A stretch of DNA of 64,000 nucleotides from an uncultured delta proteobacterium (lineage in GTDB: Bacteria > Desulfobacterota > Zymogenia > Zymogenales > Zymogenaceae): positions 1 through 64,000 of the forward strand of contig CAWBYW010000018.1 in NCBI GenBank assembly GCA_963792965.1, written 5' to 3'. How positions within the stretch are numbered: the first letter of the stretch is position 1; each line of letters starts with the position of its first letter. The notes beneath the pieces were generated by a model. That model was not told where the DNA came from. It did no database searches and saw nothing but the letters and a program-made list of their open reading frames with translations. Both the position numbers and the translations under genes were made by a program. Shown in pieces: positions 1 through 11,520 of the stretch.

Positions 1-67
1 CGTACGATCGCGAAGGCCCGGAAGGGATAATCCAGCATGTTAACTAACTTAATCTAAATATCGGGAG

Positions 68-478
68 ATGCCGATGGAAAAGGAACGATCCCAAAAAGCG
101 ACTGCTGTTTTAGAGCTCCTCACCGGCCTCGGCATCATCCTTTTCTGGGTCGGGTTCTTCACAATCGGCCTGGCCCCCGAAAACCCGCCGGCCGGCTATT
201 TCGTCTATGAGCATTCGTTTCCTCTGCCGGACTGCCTATTGGCGATCACGCTCATCGTCTCGGCCGTCCTGCTCCTCAAGGGCAGACCCCTCGGACGGAC
301 CCTGTCGCTTGTCGCTGCGGGCGCGCTTATCTTTCTGGGCCTCCTCGATTTCTCCTTCAATATCCAGAACGGCATGTACGCGGCCTCGGTCCTCGATACG
401 ATCCTTAACGTCTTCATCAACCTCTGGTGCGTCGGGTTCGGGGCGTTCCTCCTCGTTCGTTTCGCAAACAGAAATTAG
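68..478 (+). CDS. hypothetical membrane protein (about 4 TM helices)
   Basis: 136-aa ORF with four hydrophobic segments; GGGAG RBS upstream. Confidence 0.75.
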   Translation: MPMEKERSQKATAVLELLTGLGIILFWVGFFTIGLAPENPPAGYFVYEHSFPLPDCLLAITLIVSAVLLLKGRPLGRTLSLVAAGALIFLGLLDFSFNIQNGMYAASVLDTILNVFINLWCVGFGAFLLVRFANRN

Positions 479-557
479 AGCCGGCTTCTCCTAAACAAGA
501 AAGAGACCGAGGGGCTTTGCCCGTCGGTCTCCGTCGCGCTCGGGAAAGAGCGTCTTC

Positions 558-854
558 CTATTTTTTAAGCTCCGCAATCTCATCAAAGATCTGTATTTCC
601 GGCGCGCCCGATAACAGGCCGCCTATCGCCTTGCTGAACGCGGCAAAATGGGGCGACGTGGCGTGCCGTGTAAACGCGTCCTGATCGGTGTACTTCTCAA
701 AGATCACAAACTGGGCCCGATCCTGGGTGTTGCGCAGTATCGTATAAAGCAGGGTCCCCTCCTCCGCGGCGACTTTTTTGACCATGTCTTTGAGATGCCC
801 TTCCATCTCTTGTTCCTTTCCTTCTTTTACTTTGAGCCGAGCGATGACGACCAT
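558..854 (-). CDS. antibiotic biosynthesis monooxygenase (ABM) family / putative quinol monooxygenase
   Basis: 98 aa with ABM pattern (EEGTLLY...FVIFEKY...AFTRHATSPHF); GGGAGG RBS. Confidence 0.85.
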   Translation of the reverse strand: MVVIARLKVKEGKEQEMEGHLKDMVKKVAAEEGTLLYTILRNTQDRAQFVIFEKYTDQDAFTRHATSPHFAAFSKAIGGLLSGAPEIQIFDEIAELKK

Positions 855-960
855 TGTGCACCTCCCTCATTGCCGGTTACGGCCACCGGCTCCTTTGCGG
901 CAATACGATATATAATACAGACGGCGTCGCTCGCGTGACGCCCTCGCCTTCCAGGCCTCC

Positions 961-2298
961 TTACGCGCACAGTCTCCTGACGATATCGGTGACGACCTCG
1001 GTGCCCTTGACGACGTTCTCGATGGAGATCTTCTCGTCCACACCGTGGATCATCCCCGTCACATCGGCGAGAGAAACGACCGCGGGGAAGAGCCCGTAGG
1101 TGGGGACCCCTTTCTCCCGGTAGAAGCGGGAGTCGGAGCCGCCGGTCAAGAGCGACGGCGTCACAATCGCGCCGGGATAGTGTTTCTCAAAGGTCTCGGT
1201 GATCGCCCGGTACTCGTCGTTATCGAATGGGGACTCGTTGGCCTTTGCCGTGTGGAGATAATTGATCTGGATCTCGTCGTCGGCAAGCACTTTCTTTATC
1301 CAGGCGACAAACGTGTCCATATCCTCGTCGGGAAGGAGCCTCGTGTCGAGATGGGCGACGGCCCTGCCCGGAATGGAGTTCGTCTTTCCCCCGCCTTCAT
1401 GACGTTGAGGCTTATGGTGTTTTTCAATAACGCCGCGAGCTGTGGGTTTTGGATGAGCCCGAGGTCGGTCATGAGCTTGATGAGCGTCTCGGGCTTACCG
1501 TCGTCCTTGTACGGTTTCAGGAAATCCCAGCCGGAGGCGAGGTTCTTGAAGTACTCGGCGACGGCCGGCTTCACGACATAGGGGATCTTCTCCGAGAGAA
1601 CGCGGGAAACCGCGAGATTCAGCTTTTCCAGGGCGTTCTGCCCGTGGGGCGTCGAGCCGTGACCGGGAGGGCCCGTGCGGACAAGCTCCAGCCAGCAGAG
1701 CCCCTTCTCGCCGGTCGCGATCATATGGAGCTCTTTTCCCGCGATAAGGTCACCAATGGCGATCCCGCCTTCGTTGATCACCAGGCTCCCCTTGATCTTA
1801 TCGTAGTGATTCTCGATAATCCAGCCCGCGCCCCAGTCGCCGCCCATTTCTTCGTCGGCGCAGGCCAAAAAAATCAGGTCGCGCGACAGCTTCACTCCTT
1901 CGCGCTTTGCCGCAAGAAACGCCGCAAGCTCCATGATCCCGAGCCCCTTGGTGTCCAGCGCCCCCCTGCCGCAGACATGGCCGTCCTTGATCTCGCCGCC
2001 GAAGGGGTCAAAACTCCACTCGCTCTTCTCGGCAGGCACCACGTCGCTGTGATGCATGAGGACGAGCGCGCCCCTTATCGGGTGATTTCGCGTCCTTCGC
2101 CCTGCCAATCCGCGCCATGATCGAGCCCCGGCCCGGCTTGGACTCCCATACGGTATGCTCAATGCCCTCGTGCTTGAAGATATCCGCAAAAAAAGCCGCG
2201 GCTTTCGTTTCGTTCCCCGGCGGGTTGGTCGTGTTGATCCTGAGGTACGCGCAGAGCAAATCGACCGTTTCTTTTTTCCAATCGTGTGTCCCGGACAT
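961..2298 (-). CDS. M20/M25/M40 family metallo-hydrolase (frameshifted in this assembly)
   Basis: Three consecutive ORFs (2008-2298, 1296-2189, 961-1320) supply INTTNPPGNE, HSDVVP, GRGALDTKG, DEE, GHGS and HGVDE motifs. Confidence 0.85.
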
Positions 2299-2342
2299 GA
2301 TAGAACCTCCGAAATAGTGACGCGTTTCCCGATGGGGAATTC

Positions 2343-3251
2343 CTACCGATCACGCGCGACATATAACTCTCCGACCTCCCGCACCTCAACGGCCGTCGCC
2401 AGAAGCCGCTTCCAGCGCTCGTCGATGCGCGCCTGGGCCGCCTCGATCATCTCGTCGGTCAGGTGCGAAAAGCGCCCCTGGATCCCAAGGTATTCCCTGA
2501 TCGCCACTTTTTGGCGTGGCAGGTGCGTGACGATCGTCTTGGTCCCGCCCTCAATCTCAAACAGCGGGAAGGCGCAACTCTCGACCGCGAGACGCGCCGC
2601 GGTGATCGTCAGGTCCGGGGGCATCCGCCACCCGGTGGGGCAGGACGAGAGGATATGAAGGAATTTGAAGCCGGCAAACCCTATTGCCCGCCGCACCTTT
2701 TCCTTCAGGTCCTCGGGGTATGCGATCGAGGCGGACGCTGCGTAGGGAATCCTGTGGGCCGCCATGATCGCCATGATGTCCTTTTTTTCTCCTGATTCGC
2801 CCGTCGGCGTGGTGGTCGTCCAGGTGTAGCGGGGCGTCGCGGAGCTGCGCTGGTTGCCGGTGTTCATGTAGGCTTCGTTGTCGTAGCAGACAAACAGAAT
2901 ATCCTCGTTCCTCTCGGCCGCGCCCGACAACGCCTGGAGGCCGATGTCAAACGTCCCGCCGTCTCCCGCCCACGCCACGACGTTGACGTCGGGCCTCCCG
3001 GTCATATCCAGACCCGCCTTCAGCCCCGTGGCGACGGCCGCCGCCGTCTCGAAGGCGACATGCACGAGGTTCACCCCGAGCGGGAAATGGGGGAACGCCC
3101 CGCTGATGATCGAAAAGCAGGAGGCCGGAAGAACCACGGCGCTCTTCTTCCCGAGGACCGAAAGGACCCAGCTCATCGCGAGGGTAGCCCCGCAGCCGGG
3201 ACAGGCCAGATGCCCCGGCGTGATAGGCCTGTATTCGTCCGACATTACCAT
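2343..3251 (-). CDS. porB: pyruvate/2-oxoacid:ferredoxin oxidoreductase beta subunit
   Basis: ACPGCG, TPP-binding GDG...YDNEAYMNTG, CPTGW. Confidence 0.9.
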   Translation of the reverse strand: MVMSDEYRPITPGHLACPGCGATLAMSWVLSVLGKKSAVVLPASCFSIISGAFPHFPLGVNLVHVAFETAAAVATGLKAGLDMTGRPDVNVVAWAGDGGTFDIGLQALSGAAERNEDILFVCYDNEAYMNTGNQRSSATPRYTWTTTTPTGESGEKKDIMAIMAAHRIPYAASASIAYPEDLKEKVRRAIGFAGFKFLHILSSCPTGWRMPPDLTITAARLAVESCAFPLFEIEGGTKTIVTHLPRQKVAIREYLGIQGRFSHLTDEMIEAAQARIDERWKRLLATAVEVREVGELYVARDR

Positions 3252-3261
3252 TGCATATCCT

Positions 3262-4413
3262 TTACCGTTTCAGGCCGAGAAAGACAGGCGACGCACCCTC
3301 TTTCGAAGAGAGGACGGCCCGAAACGATTCCTTCACATCGTCGACGGTGATATCCCTGCCCCCGAGCCCCCCGATGAGCCCCGTGACGACAGGGGCATTC
3401 GGAAGGCCGAACAGCGCCGCCCGGACCTCGGCCACGATCGGCCCCCCACCCCCCGGGAAGACGCTCTTATCCAGCACCCCCACCCGCGCCACGGACGAGA
3501 GGGCCTCCTGGAGTTCCCGCTCGGGGAAGGGACGAAACGCCCTGATCTTTACCGCGCCGACCCTCTTTCTCTCGGACCTCAGCTCGTCGACCGCATTCCT
3601 GATCGTCCCGCAGACCGCGCCACACGCAACAATCACCGCTTCGGCGTCGTCGGTCAGGTAGGGGGAGATGCGCGGATATGACCTCCCGAAGGCATCGGAG
3701 AATCTTGCATTGACCTCGTCGATGACCGCGGCGGAGGCCGCGGCGGCGGAAAACTGCCGATATTTCATTTCAGAAAAATGCTCCGGAGAGGTCACCGGGC
3801 TGAAGGCCCGCGGGCTCTCGATGTCGAGCGCCCAAGGGCTTCTGTGCGGCGCGAGGAACGAGTCCACCTCCGCCTGCCCCGGGATATCCACGATCTCCTG
3901 GGTGTGGGAGAGGATGAACGCGTCCAGCACCACCATCGAGGGGACAAGGCATTTCTCCGAGACCATGAAGGCCATGATGATCGAGTCCAGGCACTCCTGG
4001 TTGTCTTCGCAGTAGAGCTGGATCCATCCGGTGTCTCTCTGTGACATCGAGTCGGACTGATCGTTCCAGATGTTCCACGGCGCGGCGATCGTCCGGTTGA
4101 CGTTGGCCATGACGATGGGAAGCCGCGCTCCCGAGGCCCAGTGGAGGAGCTCGTGCATGAGGAGGAGCCCCTGGGCCGATGTGGCGGTAAACGACCGCGC
4201 CCCGGCGGTGGCGGCTCCGATGCAGGCGGCCATCGCCGAGTGCTCGCTTTCGACCTTGATGTAGCGGGCCTCCAACCTTCCGTCGGCGACCATCTCGGCC
4301 AGCGCCTCGGAGATATGGGTCTGGGGGGTGATGGGGTAGACGGGGATCACCTGCGCGCGGGAAAGCATCACGCCGTATGAGACCGCGAGGTTACCTTCAA
4401 GGAGCCTTCTCAT
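3262..4413 (-). CDS. porA: pyruvate/2-oxoacid:ferredoxin oxidoreductase alpha subunit
   Basis: YPITPQT, ESEHSAM, TATSAQGL, GGLGGRD. Confidence 0.9.
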   Translation of the reverse strand: MRRLLEGNLAVSYGVMLSRAQVIPVYPITPQTHISEALAEMVADGRLEARYIKVESEHSAMAACIGAATAGARSFTATSAQGLLLMHELLHWASGARLPIVMANVNRTIAAPWNIWNDQSDSMSQRDTGWIQLYCEDNQECLDSIIMAFMVSEKCLVPSMVVLDAFILSHTQEIVDIPGQAEVDSFLAPHRSPWALDIESPRAFSPVTSPEHFSEMKYRQFSAAAASAAVIDEVNARFSDAFGRSYPRISPYLTDDAEAVIVACGAVCGTIRNAVDELRSERKRVGAVKIRAFRPFPERELQEALSSVARVGVLDKSVFPGGGGPIVAEVRAALFGLPNAPVVTGLIGGLGGRDITVDDVKESFRAVLSSKEGASPVFLGLKR

Positions 4414-4414
4414 C

Positions 4415-6086
4415 TTACTCCCCCTCCCCCATGACGATCACCCCCCGGGGGCACTCCCGGGCGCAGATCCCGCACCCCTTGCAGTACGCGTAGTCGATCC
4501 CGGCCGTCCGCCCCGCGATGGAGATCGAAAAGTCGGGGCAAAATGTCTTGCAGACCTCGCACCCCACGCAGCTTCCGCACACGAAACATCGAGACGATTC
4601 GCGCGCCGCCCCCGCCTCGTCGATCGTCGACACTATCTCCCCAAACCCCGCGGTCCTGATCTCGGGGGTGAGCCTCTCGAGCGCGATCTGTGGCGTCTTC
4701 TCAAAATAGGCGGTGTTCACATCGCCGTAAGCCACGGGATCAGCCCGCATGACCGATCTTCTCTCGAAGTGCGCCCTGAAGCTCTCTATCGGCCGGTCGC
4801 CCGGACCGGCGGCATTGCCCGCGAGCCTCCGGTCGATCTCGATGGCCGCCCGCTTGCCCGAGGCCGCCGCATGCGCCACCGTCCGTGGGCCGCCCGCCGC
4901 GTCTCCACCGATCGTTATTATCCCGCCTTCGAGCCCGGCCGCCTGAGGCCACGACCGGTCCGTCGCTTCGCCGACCGCCGTGATCACGCTGTCCACATCC
5001 ATGGTCGATTCACTGCCCGGGACGGGGATAGGGACGGGCCTCCCCGATGCGTCCGGGTCGCCCGGCCTCATCGTGATCAGGGTAACCAGGAGCCTCTTGC
5101 CCCTCGTCCGCTCGATCTTGACCGGCGCCCGGAAGAATTCCATGGGGACGCCTTCCTCGGACGCCTCCTTTATCTCATCGGCAAAGGCCGGCATGTCGTT
5201 CTGTCCCCGCCGGTAGACGACGGTCGGACGTGCCCCGATACGGAGGAGCACCCGCGCCGCGTCAAGCGCCGTGTTCCCGCCGCCGACGACCAGCACGTCA
5301 CCCGAGACCTTTCGGGCCTCCCCCGAGTGAAAATCCCGGAGGAAAGCAAGCCCGGACTCTACGCCGGGAAGGTCTTCGCCGGCAATCCCCATCCGTACCG
5401 GAACGTGAGCGCCGGGAGAGATTAGCAGGCCGTCGAACGATCGTGAGAGGCTCTCAATGTCCCCGGACGCTATGGGTTTTCCCGTCCGAACCTGGGCCCC
5501 CATCCCCGTTATCCGCCTGACCGCGGCGTCCAGCACTTCCCGGGGGAGGCGGTAGGCGGGGATGCCCGCCCGCGGGACCCCGCCGGGCTGCTTTCTCCCG
5601 CTCAAAGATCGTAACAGCGTGGCCCAAGAGCCCGAGGAAATAGGCGGCGGAAAGCCCCGTCGGTCCCGAGCCGACGACCCCGATCCCCTTTCCGCTCGCG
5701 CTCCGCGACGCCATCGGGAGGGCGGTGCCTGAAAATCGGTCCCCTAAGAACCGCTCAATGTCCCGAATCGAGACCCGGGAGTCGAGCTCATTCCGGTTGC
5801 ACTTTTCCATACAGGGGCCGGGGCAGACCCGGCCCAGTAGCGCCGGAAACGGGTCCTCCCAGGCCAGCGCCTCCCACGCGCCCGCAAGATCCCCCTCTCG
5901 AACCAGGCGCATGACCTCGGGGATGGGATTGAACAGGGGGCAGGCCCGCGCGCACGGAGAGGGCCGGGGCGAGAAGAAAGGTGTGACGAAGCGCCAGCTC
6001 CCCGTTTCGTTCCACTCCATCCCCCCCTCGGAGATCGGGATCTCGGGATAGTCTGAAAGCCTGTCCAGGATGATTTTATCTTTCAT
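4415..6086 (-). CDS. GltD-like FAD/NAD(P)H oxidoreductase fused with PorD-type ferredoxin (one frameshift near 5590)
   Basis: N-terminal TGSWR, CxxxCP...RVCPGPCxxxCNR, GSGPTG, GGGNTALD, C-terminal two CxxCxxCxxxCP motifs. Confidence 0.8.
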
Positions 6087-6645
6087 TGCGCGTCTCTATG
6101 ACGACCGAGCCGTGTGCCTGTCGGGCGGCGGATTGGTTTGCCTCGGCGCGCTTCGGCCCGATGGATTGCCCGATGGCATCAAGGAGGCTCTCCATCGAGA
6201 CGACCCCCGTCATCCTGACCAGCGCTCCGATGATCGTCGTGTTGATGATGGGAAGAAGGCGGTTGCCGAGGTTATGATCCAGCGCGATATCCCGGGCGGC
6301 CACCGTACCGATAGTGAGTCCGCCGGGGGCGTCCACGGCCGAGGGCGGGAGCGTCGTGTTTACGAGGATTCCCCCGCCCGGCTTGAGCCCGGCCAGTGTC
6401 GCACCGATATCAAGGAGCGTGGGGTCCATCACGACCACAAAGTCCGGGTGATAGATCCCCTGCCTGACGGTGATTTTTTGGTCGTCGAGGCGGAGGAACG
6501 CGGCCACGGGCGCCCCCCGCCGCTCCAGCCCGAAGGAGGGGAAGCTCTGAGGGTACTTGCCGTCCAGGAATGCGGCCTGGGCCATGATCTCGGCGGCCAT
6601 TACCGCCCCCTGCCCCCCCCGCCCGTGAAACCTGATCTCGAACAT
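6076..6645 (-). CDS. porC: pyruvate/2-oxoacid:ferredoxin oxidoreductase gamma subunit
   Basis: EIRFHGRGGQG, FGLERRGAPV. Confidence 0.9.
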   Translation of the reverse strand: MFEIRFHGRGGQGAVMAAEIMAQAAFLDGKYPQSFPSFGLERRGAPVAAFLRLDDQKITVRQGIYHPDFVVVMDPTLLDIGATLAGLKPGGGILVNTTLPPSAVDAPGGLTIGTVAARDIALDHNLGNRLLPIINTTIIGALVRMTGVVSMESLLDAIGQSIGPKRAEANQSAARQAHGSVVIETRNER

Positions 6646-6766
6646 AGTTGGTCAAACCAAAAAAGGCGAAGTATAAATTTACCACAGATCGCACGGTTTG
6701 TGCAACAAAACTCGGCGGGTAAATCGGCAACGCCGATCGTATTGAAGTGTGAGGCAGATGATAGGT

Positions 6767-7099
6767 CTATTTCATAAAACACCCGCATGCCCGGGCCACG
6801 AGGATTGAGTGCTGTGCTTCAGGGCTCTCGAGCAGCTCGTCCTGCTGCGCCAGACCCATGGCCTGCGTCTCATCAAGCGGAGTATGGTGCCGGTACCCAC
6901 GCCGGGCCATCTCGGCGACCTCCGCCTCATGACGGAGGAACAGCGCCTTGAGCTTTCCCCTCCAGCGCCGCGTCTCGGGGTGAGTCGCATATCCCTTTTT
7001 ATCGAGCGTGATGATGTTCCAGATTGCGTGCAGCTCACGGTGCTCGCCCAAGAGATGATTCCTGCACAGTTGACGGACCGGCACGTCCCATATCCGCAT
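6767..7099 (-). CDS. pyrimidine dimer DNA glycosylase / endonuclease V-like family protein
   Basis: MRIW...LCRNHLLGEHRELH...HPET...EMARRGYRH; start moved to ATG 7099 after GGGAG RBS. Confidence 0.75.
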   Translation of the reverse strand: MRIWDVPVRQLCRNHLLGEHRELHAIWNIITLDKKGYATHPETRRWRGKLKALFLRHEAEVAEMARRGYRHHTPLDETQAMGLAQQDELLESPEAQHSILVARACGCFMK

Positions 7100-7131
7100 A
7101 TAACGACTCCCTGGTGAAGAGTCCCCTTTCG

Positions 7132-8415
7132 CTACCCCTTTTTCAGGTGGCACACCGCTTCCACGTGGAATGTCTGGGGGAAGAGATCGAGGGGCACGGC
7201 CTTAAGGACTCGGTAGCCGTGCGCGAGAAGTATTTTAACGTCACGGGCAAGGGTCGGGGGATAACACGAAACATAGATAATCTCGGGGGCACCCAGCGCC
7301 GCCACCGCATCCACGACAGGGTACGCCCCGGCGCGGGGAGGATCCAAAACAACGACATCCCACCGATCACGCTCATTCGAGAGATCGCCGAGGACGCGCT
7401 TCACGTCCCCGGAGATAAAGCCGATCTCCTCGATCCCGACTGTTCGACCGGTTTTCCGCGCCTGGGCGACCGAGGCGGGAACAGACTCAACCGAAAGTAC
7501 CCGAGCCCCCGCCGTCGCCATCGGGATGGTGAGCGTCCCGATCCCCGAATAGAGCTCCAGGACGCTCTTTTGTGAAAGATCAAAGGAGAGCAGCAGGTCA
7601 ACCAGCCGCCGGGCCGCACCGGGATTTGCCTGGACGAACCCGGAGGGCCGCGCGCCGAGGGGGATCTCTCCCTTCCCGTCCCAGCCGGGGTAGAAGATGA
7701 CGGGGTCGCCGAAGGTAACCCTCCCCCTTTTTGTCACCACCTCAAGGCCCGAGAGAGACGCCGCCTTAAGGAAGGTGTTGACCGCATCCCGCGACTTGAC
7801 TGCCCGGCCGTCAAATCTGAGGTGAGCAGCGGCCGTCCCTCCCATTCCGGTAAGGAGCTCGATCTCCCCTCGTCCCTCGATGCCGAGGGCCGAAAGCGCC
7901 TCCGCCAGTCGCGGGATCCGGGCGTTGATTTCGTCGTGGGCGACGGGGCATTCACGTATGGGGACGATCTCAGTGCTCTGCCGGGCGTAAAAGCCAACCC
8001 GGATATCCCCCCCGTCCATATCGAAGGCAAGGTCGACTTTCCACCTCCACGCATACTCCCGGGGCGACGGGATGGTCGGGTCGGTCGGGGTACCTGCGAT
8101 GTGTCCGATCCTCGTCAGGGCGTCGGAGAGGATATCCCGTTTTGCCGAAAGCTGCCGGCCGTAGGAGATGTGCTGCCACTGGCATCCCCCGCAGCGCCCG
8201 AAGACCGGGCACGGGGGCTCGGTCCTCTCAAGAGACGGGGTGGTAATCTCCGCGAGCCTGCCGAAGGCAAAACGCTCTTTTTCCTGGACTATTTCGCACC
8301 GGATTGTGTCGCCCGGTGCCGTAAAGGGGACAAAGATTACCTTTCCCTCCAGGCGCCCCACACCGTAGCCGCCGGCGGCAAGGGAGTCAATGGTCAGTTG
8401 TATCGTGCTGTTCAT
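7132..8415 (-). CDS. rlmD: 23S rRNA (uracil-5-)-methyltransferase RlmD/RumA family
   Basis: TRAM domain, CPVFGRCGGCQWQH Fe-S motif, LDPPRAG, YVSC, DLFPQTFHVE. Confidence 0.9.
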   Translation of the reverse strand: MNSTIQLTIDSLAAGGYGVGRLEGKVIFVPFTAPGDTIRCEIVQEKERFAFGRLAEITTPSLERTEPPCPVFGRCGGCQWQHISYGRQLSAKRDILSDALTRIGHIAGTPTDPTIPSPREYAWRWKVDLAFDMDGGDIRVGFYARQSTEIVPIRECPVAHDEINARIPRLAEALSALGIEGRGEIELLTGMGGTAAAHLRFDGRAVKSRDAVNTFLKAASLSGLEVVTKRGRVTFGDPVIFYPGWDGKGEIPLGARPSGFVQANPGAARRLVDLLLSFDLSQKSVLELYSGIGTLTIPMATAGARVLSVESVPASVAQARKTGRTVGIEEIGFISGDVKRVLGDLSNERDRWDVVVLDPPRAGAYPVVDAVAALGAPEIIYVSCYPPTLARDVKILLAHGYRVLKAVPLDLFPQTFHVEAVCHLKKG

Positions 8416-8483
8416 ACAGTTTGTGCAAAAAGAGAAGGGGCGAAAACATGCCCCTCTCCCATCGATTCAGCTATCCTTGTTAC

Positions 8484-10313
8484 CTATGTTGTGGACGCGC
8501 CCGTCTCGGGCTTTATTCCCAACAGTTGTTTCAGCTCATCGCCTTCCAGCATTTCTATTTCCAACAGTCTCTTCGCGACCTTGTTGAGCCGCTTGACCTC
8601 TTCCTTGAGTATCTTCTGAGCGGTTTTGTAGGCTTCGTCAACCATGCGCTTCACCTCGTTATCGATCTCCCGGGAGGTATTGTCACTGTAGTCGGGCGGG
8701 GCCTCCGTCTCGATGCCGAGATAGCCGGTCGGTCCGTTGTCAAACGTCACCAGGCCGATCCTCTCGCTCATCCCGTATTCCTTGACCATGCGCCGGGCGA
8801 TATCGGTCGTCTTGATGAGGTCGTTGTGCGCCCCGGTGGACGGCTCCGAGAAGATGAGCACCTCGGCGGCCCTTCCCCCGAGCAGCGTCGCCAGCTTCCC
8901 CTTCAGCTCGGTTACGGTCATGAGGTAGCGGTCCTCCGTCGGCAGCTGCAACGTATAGCCGAGCGCGGCGATCCCGCGCGGGACGATGGAGATCTTCTCC
9001 ACCGGGTCGGTCCCGGGGAGCCGTGTTGCGACGATGGCATGGCCGACCTCGTGGTAGGCGACCCGTTCTTTTTCCTCCTGATTCATGAGCCGATTTTTCT
9101 TCTCGAGTCCCGCTACGACACGCTCGATGGCCTCGTCGAAATCTTCCTGATCCACGGCATCCTTGTTGCGGCGCGCCGCCAGAAGCGCGGCCTCGTTGGC
9201 GATATTTGCGAGATCGGCCCCCACAAAACCGGGGGTCTTGGACGCGATTTTCTCAAGATCCACGTTCTTGGACATGACGAGGTCCTTGCAGTGGATTTTC
9301 AGGATGTCGAGACGCCCCTTCTTATCGGGCTTGTCCACCAACACGTGGCGGTCGAACCGGCCCGGCCTGAGGAGCGCCGGGTCGAGGATCTCGGGGCGGT
9401 TCGTGGCAGCCATGAGGATGAGCCCCTTGCGGGCGTCAAAGCCGTCCATCTCGACAAGGAGCTGGTTCAACGTCTGCTCCCGCTCGTCGTGTCCACCGGT
9501 GGGGTTGAGCCCCCTGGCCTTCCCGAGGGCATCCAGCTCGTCGATGAAGATAATGCAGGGGGCTTTGAGCTGCGCCTGGGAGAAGAGATCACGCACCCGT
9601 GCCGCACCCACGCCCACGAACATCTCCACGAATTCCGAGCCGGATATGGAGAAAAACGGAACCCCCGCCTCCCCGGCCACGGCGCGGGCCAGCAGTGTCT
9701 TTCCGGTCCCCGGGGCCCCGACCAGGAGGATCCCTTTGGGTATCTTGCCCCCAAGCCTCTGAAACCTCCCCGGGGTCTTCAGAAATTCGATGACCTCCCC
9801 CAATTCCTCGATCGCCTCGTCGACCCCGGCCACGTCCTTGAAGTTTACCTTGACCTGGTCCTCCGAATAGATCTTCGCCTTCGACCGCCCGACCGACATG
9901 AAATCCGGCCCCCGACCCGACCTCCTCATCATATAGAACCAGAAGACACCGAGGATGATGAAGAGCGGAACCCAGAGGAGGAGCTGAATCAGGAAAGTAT
10001 TCTCGACTTTACCGGTGTAGGAAATCCCTTTCTCGTTGAGGAGCCGCACGAGGTCGGGGTCGTCGACCTTAGTGGTCTCAAACTTTTCCTCCTGCGCTTT
10101 CTTCTTGTCGCCGACCAAGAGCGTCCCCGTGATCTTATCCTGGCCGATGGTGATATCCGTCACCTGCTTCTGTTCGACGTAACGTCGAAACTCACTGTAG
10201 CTGATCTCCTTGGTTCCGCTCTGCAACAGGAGGGTCGCTGCCAGATAGACGGCGACGACGAGAAAGATGAGGTACCAGGGAGAAAATTTTCTTCCGATAT
10301 CTTCAGGCGGCAT
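8484..10313 (-). CDS. ftsH: ATP-dependent zinc metalloprotease FtsH
   Basis: Two TM segments, [39 protein letters not shown]. Confidence 0.97.
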   Translation of the reverse strand: MPPEDIGRKFSPWYLIFLVVAVYLAATLLLQSGTKEISYSEFRRYVEQKQVTDITIGQDKITGTLLVGDKKKAQEEKFETTKVDDPDLVRLLNEKGISYTGKVENTFLIQLLLWVPLFIILGVFWFYMMRRSGRGPDFMSVGRSKAKIYSEDQVKVNFKDVAGVDEAIEELGEVIEFLKTPGRFQRLGGKIPKGILLVGAPGTGKTLLARAVAGEAGVPFFSISGSEFVEMFVGVGAARVRDLFSQAQLKAPCIIFIDELDALGKARGLNPTGGHDEREQTLNQLLVEMDGFDARKGLILMAATNRPEILDPALLRPGRFDRHVLVDKPDKKGRLDILKIHCKDLVMSKNVDLEKIASKTPGFVGADLANIANEAALLAARRNKDAVDQEDFDEAIERVVAGLEKKNRLMNQEEKERVAYHEVGHAIVATRLPGTDPVEKISIVPRGIAALGYTLQLPTEDRYLMTVTELKGKLATLLGGRAAEVLIFSEPSTGAHNDLIKTTDIARRMVKEYGMSERIGLVTFDNGPTGYLGIETEAPPDYSDNTSREIDNEVKRMVDEAYKTAQKILKEEVKRLNKVAKRLLEIEMLEGDELKQLLGIKPETGASTT

Positions 10314-10645
10314 TGCTTTTAGTCCTTTGTTATTTCCTGTATTTCAGTATATCCGATGATGCGAAAAAAATAAACGAAAAACGCCTTTCGTATGACGGCA
10401 CTCGAATACGCGCATTCGACAAGGCGTTCGCGACAATAATGAGATAACGTGAGGCCGGAAATGCCGGGCGCATTCACGCGCACCGGATCGGAGGTGTGAA
10501 AAGTTTTGGAGAAAAGCCGTGCGACTCACCCAAGCCGCGAGATGTCTCTTGCGTGGCGGGTACAAACGCAGCGGCGCCCCCGTATGAGATGAGCCCACGG
10601 AAAGATGATGTCTTCCCATGGGCGATGCCGCACAACGCAGGCCTG

Positions 10646-11518
10646 TTATATCAAGCCATAATCGGTCATGATCTTCTTGAGCGTCACCATACTCGCCTCG
10701 GAAAGAGGAGCAAGCGGCAGCCTCACCTCGGGGCTGATCTTCTTCATCAGCGAGAGCGCCGCCTTGGCCGGAACGGGGCTCGTCTCCAGGAACATCGCCC
10801 GGGCAAGCGGCAGCAGCTTGAAGTGCAGCTTGCGTGCCCGATCGAGATCGCCCGAGAGGTACGAGGTCACCATATCCGTCGCGTCCCTCGGCGCGATATT
10901 GGAGTGCACCGAGATCACCCCGACGCCGCCGACCGAAAGGATGGGCATCGTCGTGAAGTCGTCTCCGGACAGGACCACGAAGTCGTCCCCGACGAGCTCC
11001 AGCACTTCCGAGACCTGTCGGAGGTCGCCCGTGGCCTCTTTGATCCCGACGATGTTTTTAATCGTCGAAAGCCTTGCCACCGTCGGGGGCAGCATATTGA
11101 CGCTGGTCCTTCCCGGGACATTGTAGAGGATGATGGGGATCTTTACCCGGCGCGCCACCTCGCTGAAGTGGAGGAACAGTCCCTCCTGGGTGGGTTTGTT
11201 GTAGTAAGGGGTGATCAGGAGGGCTGCGTCGGCCCCGACCTCCTTGGCGTGGGTAGTGAGGCCTACGGCCTCGTCGGTACTGTTGGATCCGCTCCCCGCG
11301 ATGACCGGCACCCTTCCTCGCGCCTCTTTGATGACAAATTCCACCACGCGCCGATGCTCTTCGTGGGAAAGGGTGGAAGACTCCCCGGTCGTTCCGCAGG
11401 GCACCAACCCGGATATTCCCTCCGAGATCTGAAACTCAACGAGATCGGCAAGCGCGTCGTAGTCGACCATCCCTTTCTTGAAAGGGGTCACCAGCGCCGT
11501 AAAGGCTCCTTTAAACAT
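10646..11518 (-). CDS. dapA: 4-hydroxy-tetrahydrodipicolinate synthase
   Basis: GTTGES, PYYNKP, YNVPGRT, IKEATG. Confidence 0.97.
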   Translation of the reverse strand: MFKGAFTALVTPFKKGMVDYDALADLVEFQISEGISGLVPCGTTGESSTLSHEEHRRVVEFVIKEARGRVPVIAGSGSNSTDEAVGLTTHAKEVGADAALLITPYYNKPTQEGLFLHFSEVARRVKIPIILYNVPGRTSVNMLPPTVARLSTIKNIVGIKEATGDLRQVSEVLELVGDDFVVLSGDDFTTMPILSVGGVGVISVHSNIAPRDATDMVTSYLSGDLDRARKLHFKLLPLARAMFLETSPVPAKAALSLMKKISPEVRLPLAPLSEASMVTLKKIMTDYGLI

Positions 11519-11520
11519 GA

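Noticed and set aside
8421-10322. Long antisense ORFs (for example 8421-10322, 40359-42515, 59362-60714, 62850-63716)
   Set aside because: They are shadows of well-supported genes on the opposite strand in GC-rich DNA and have no recognisable motifs.
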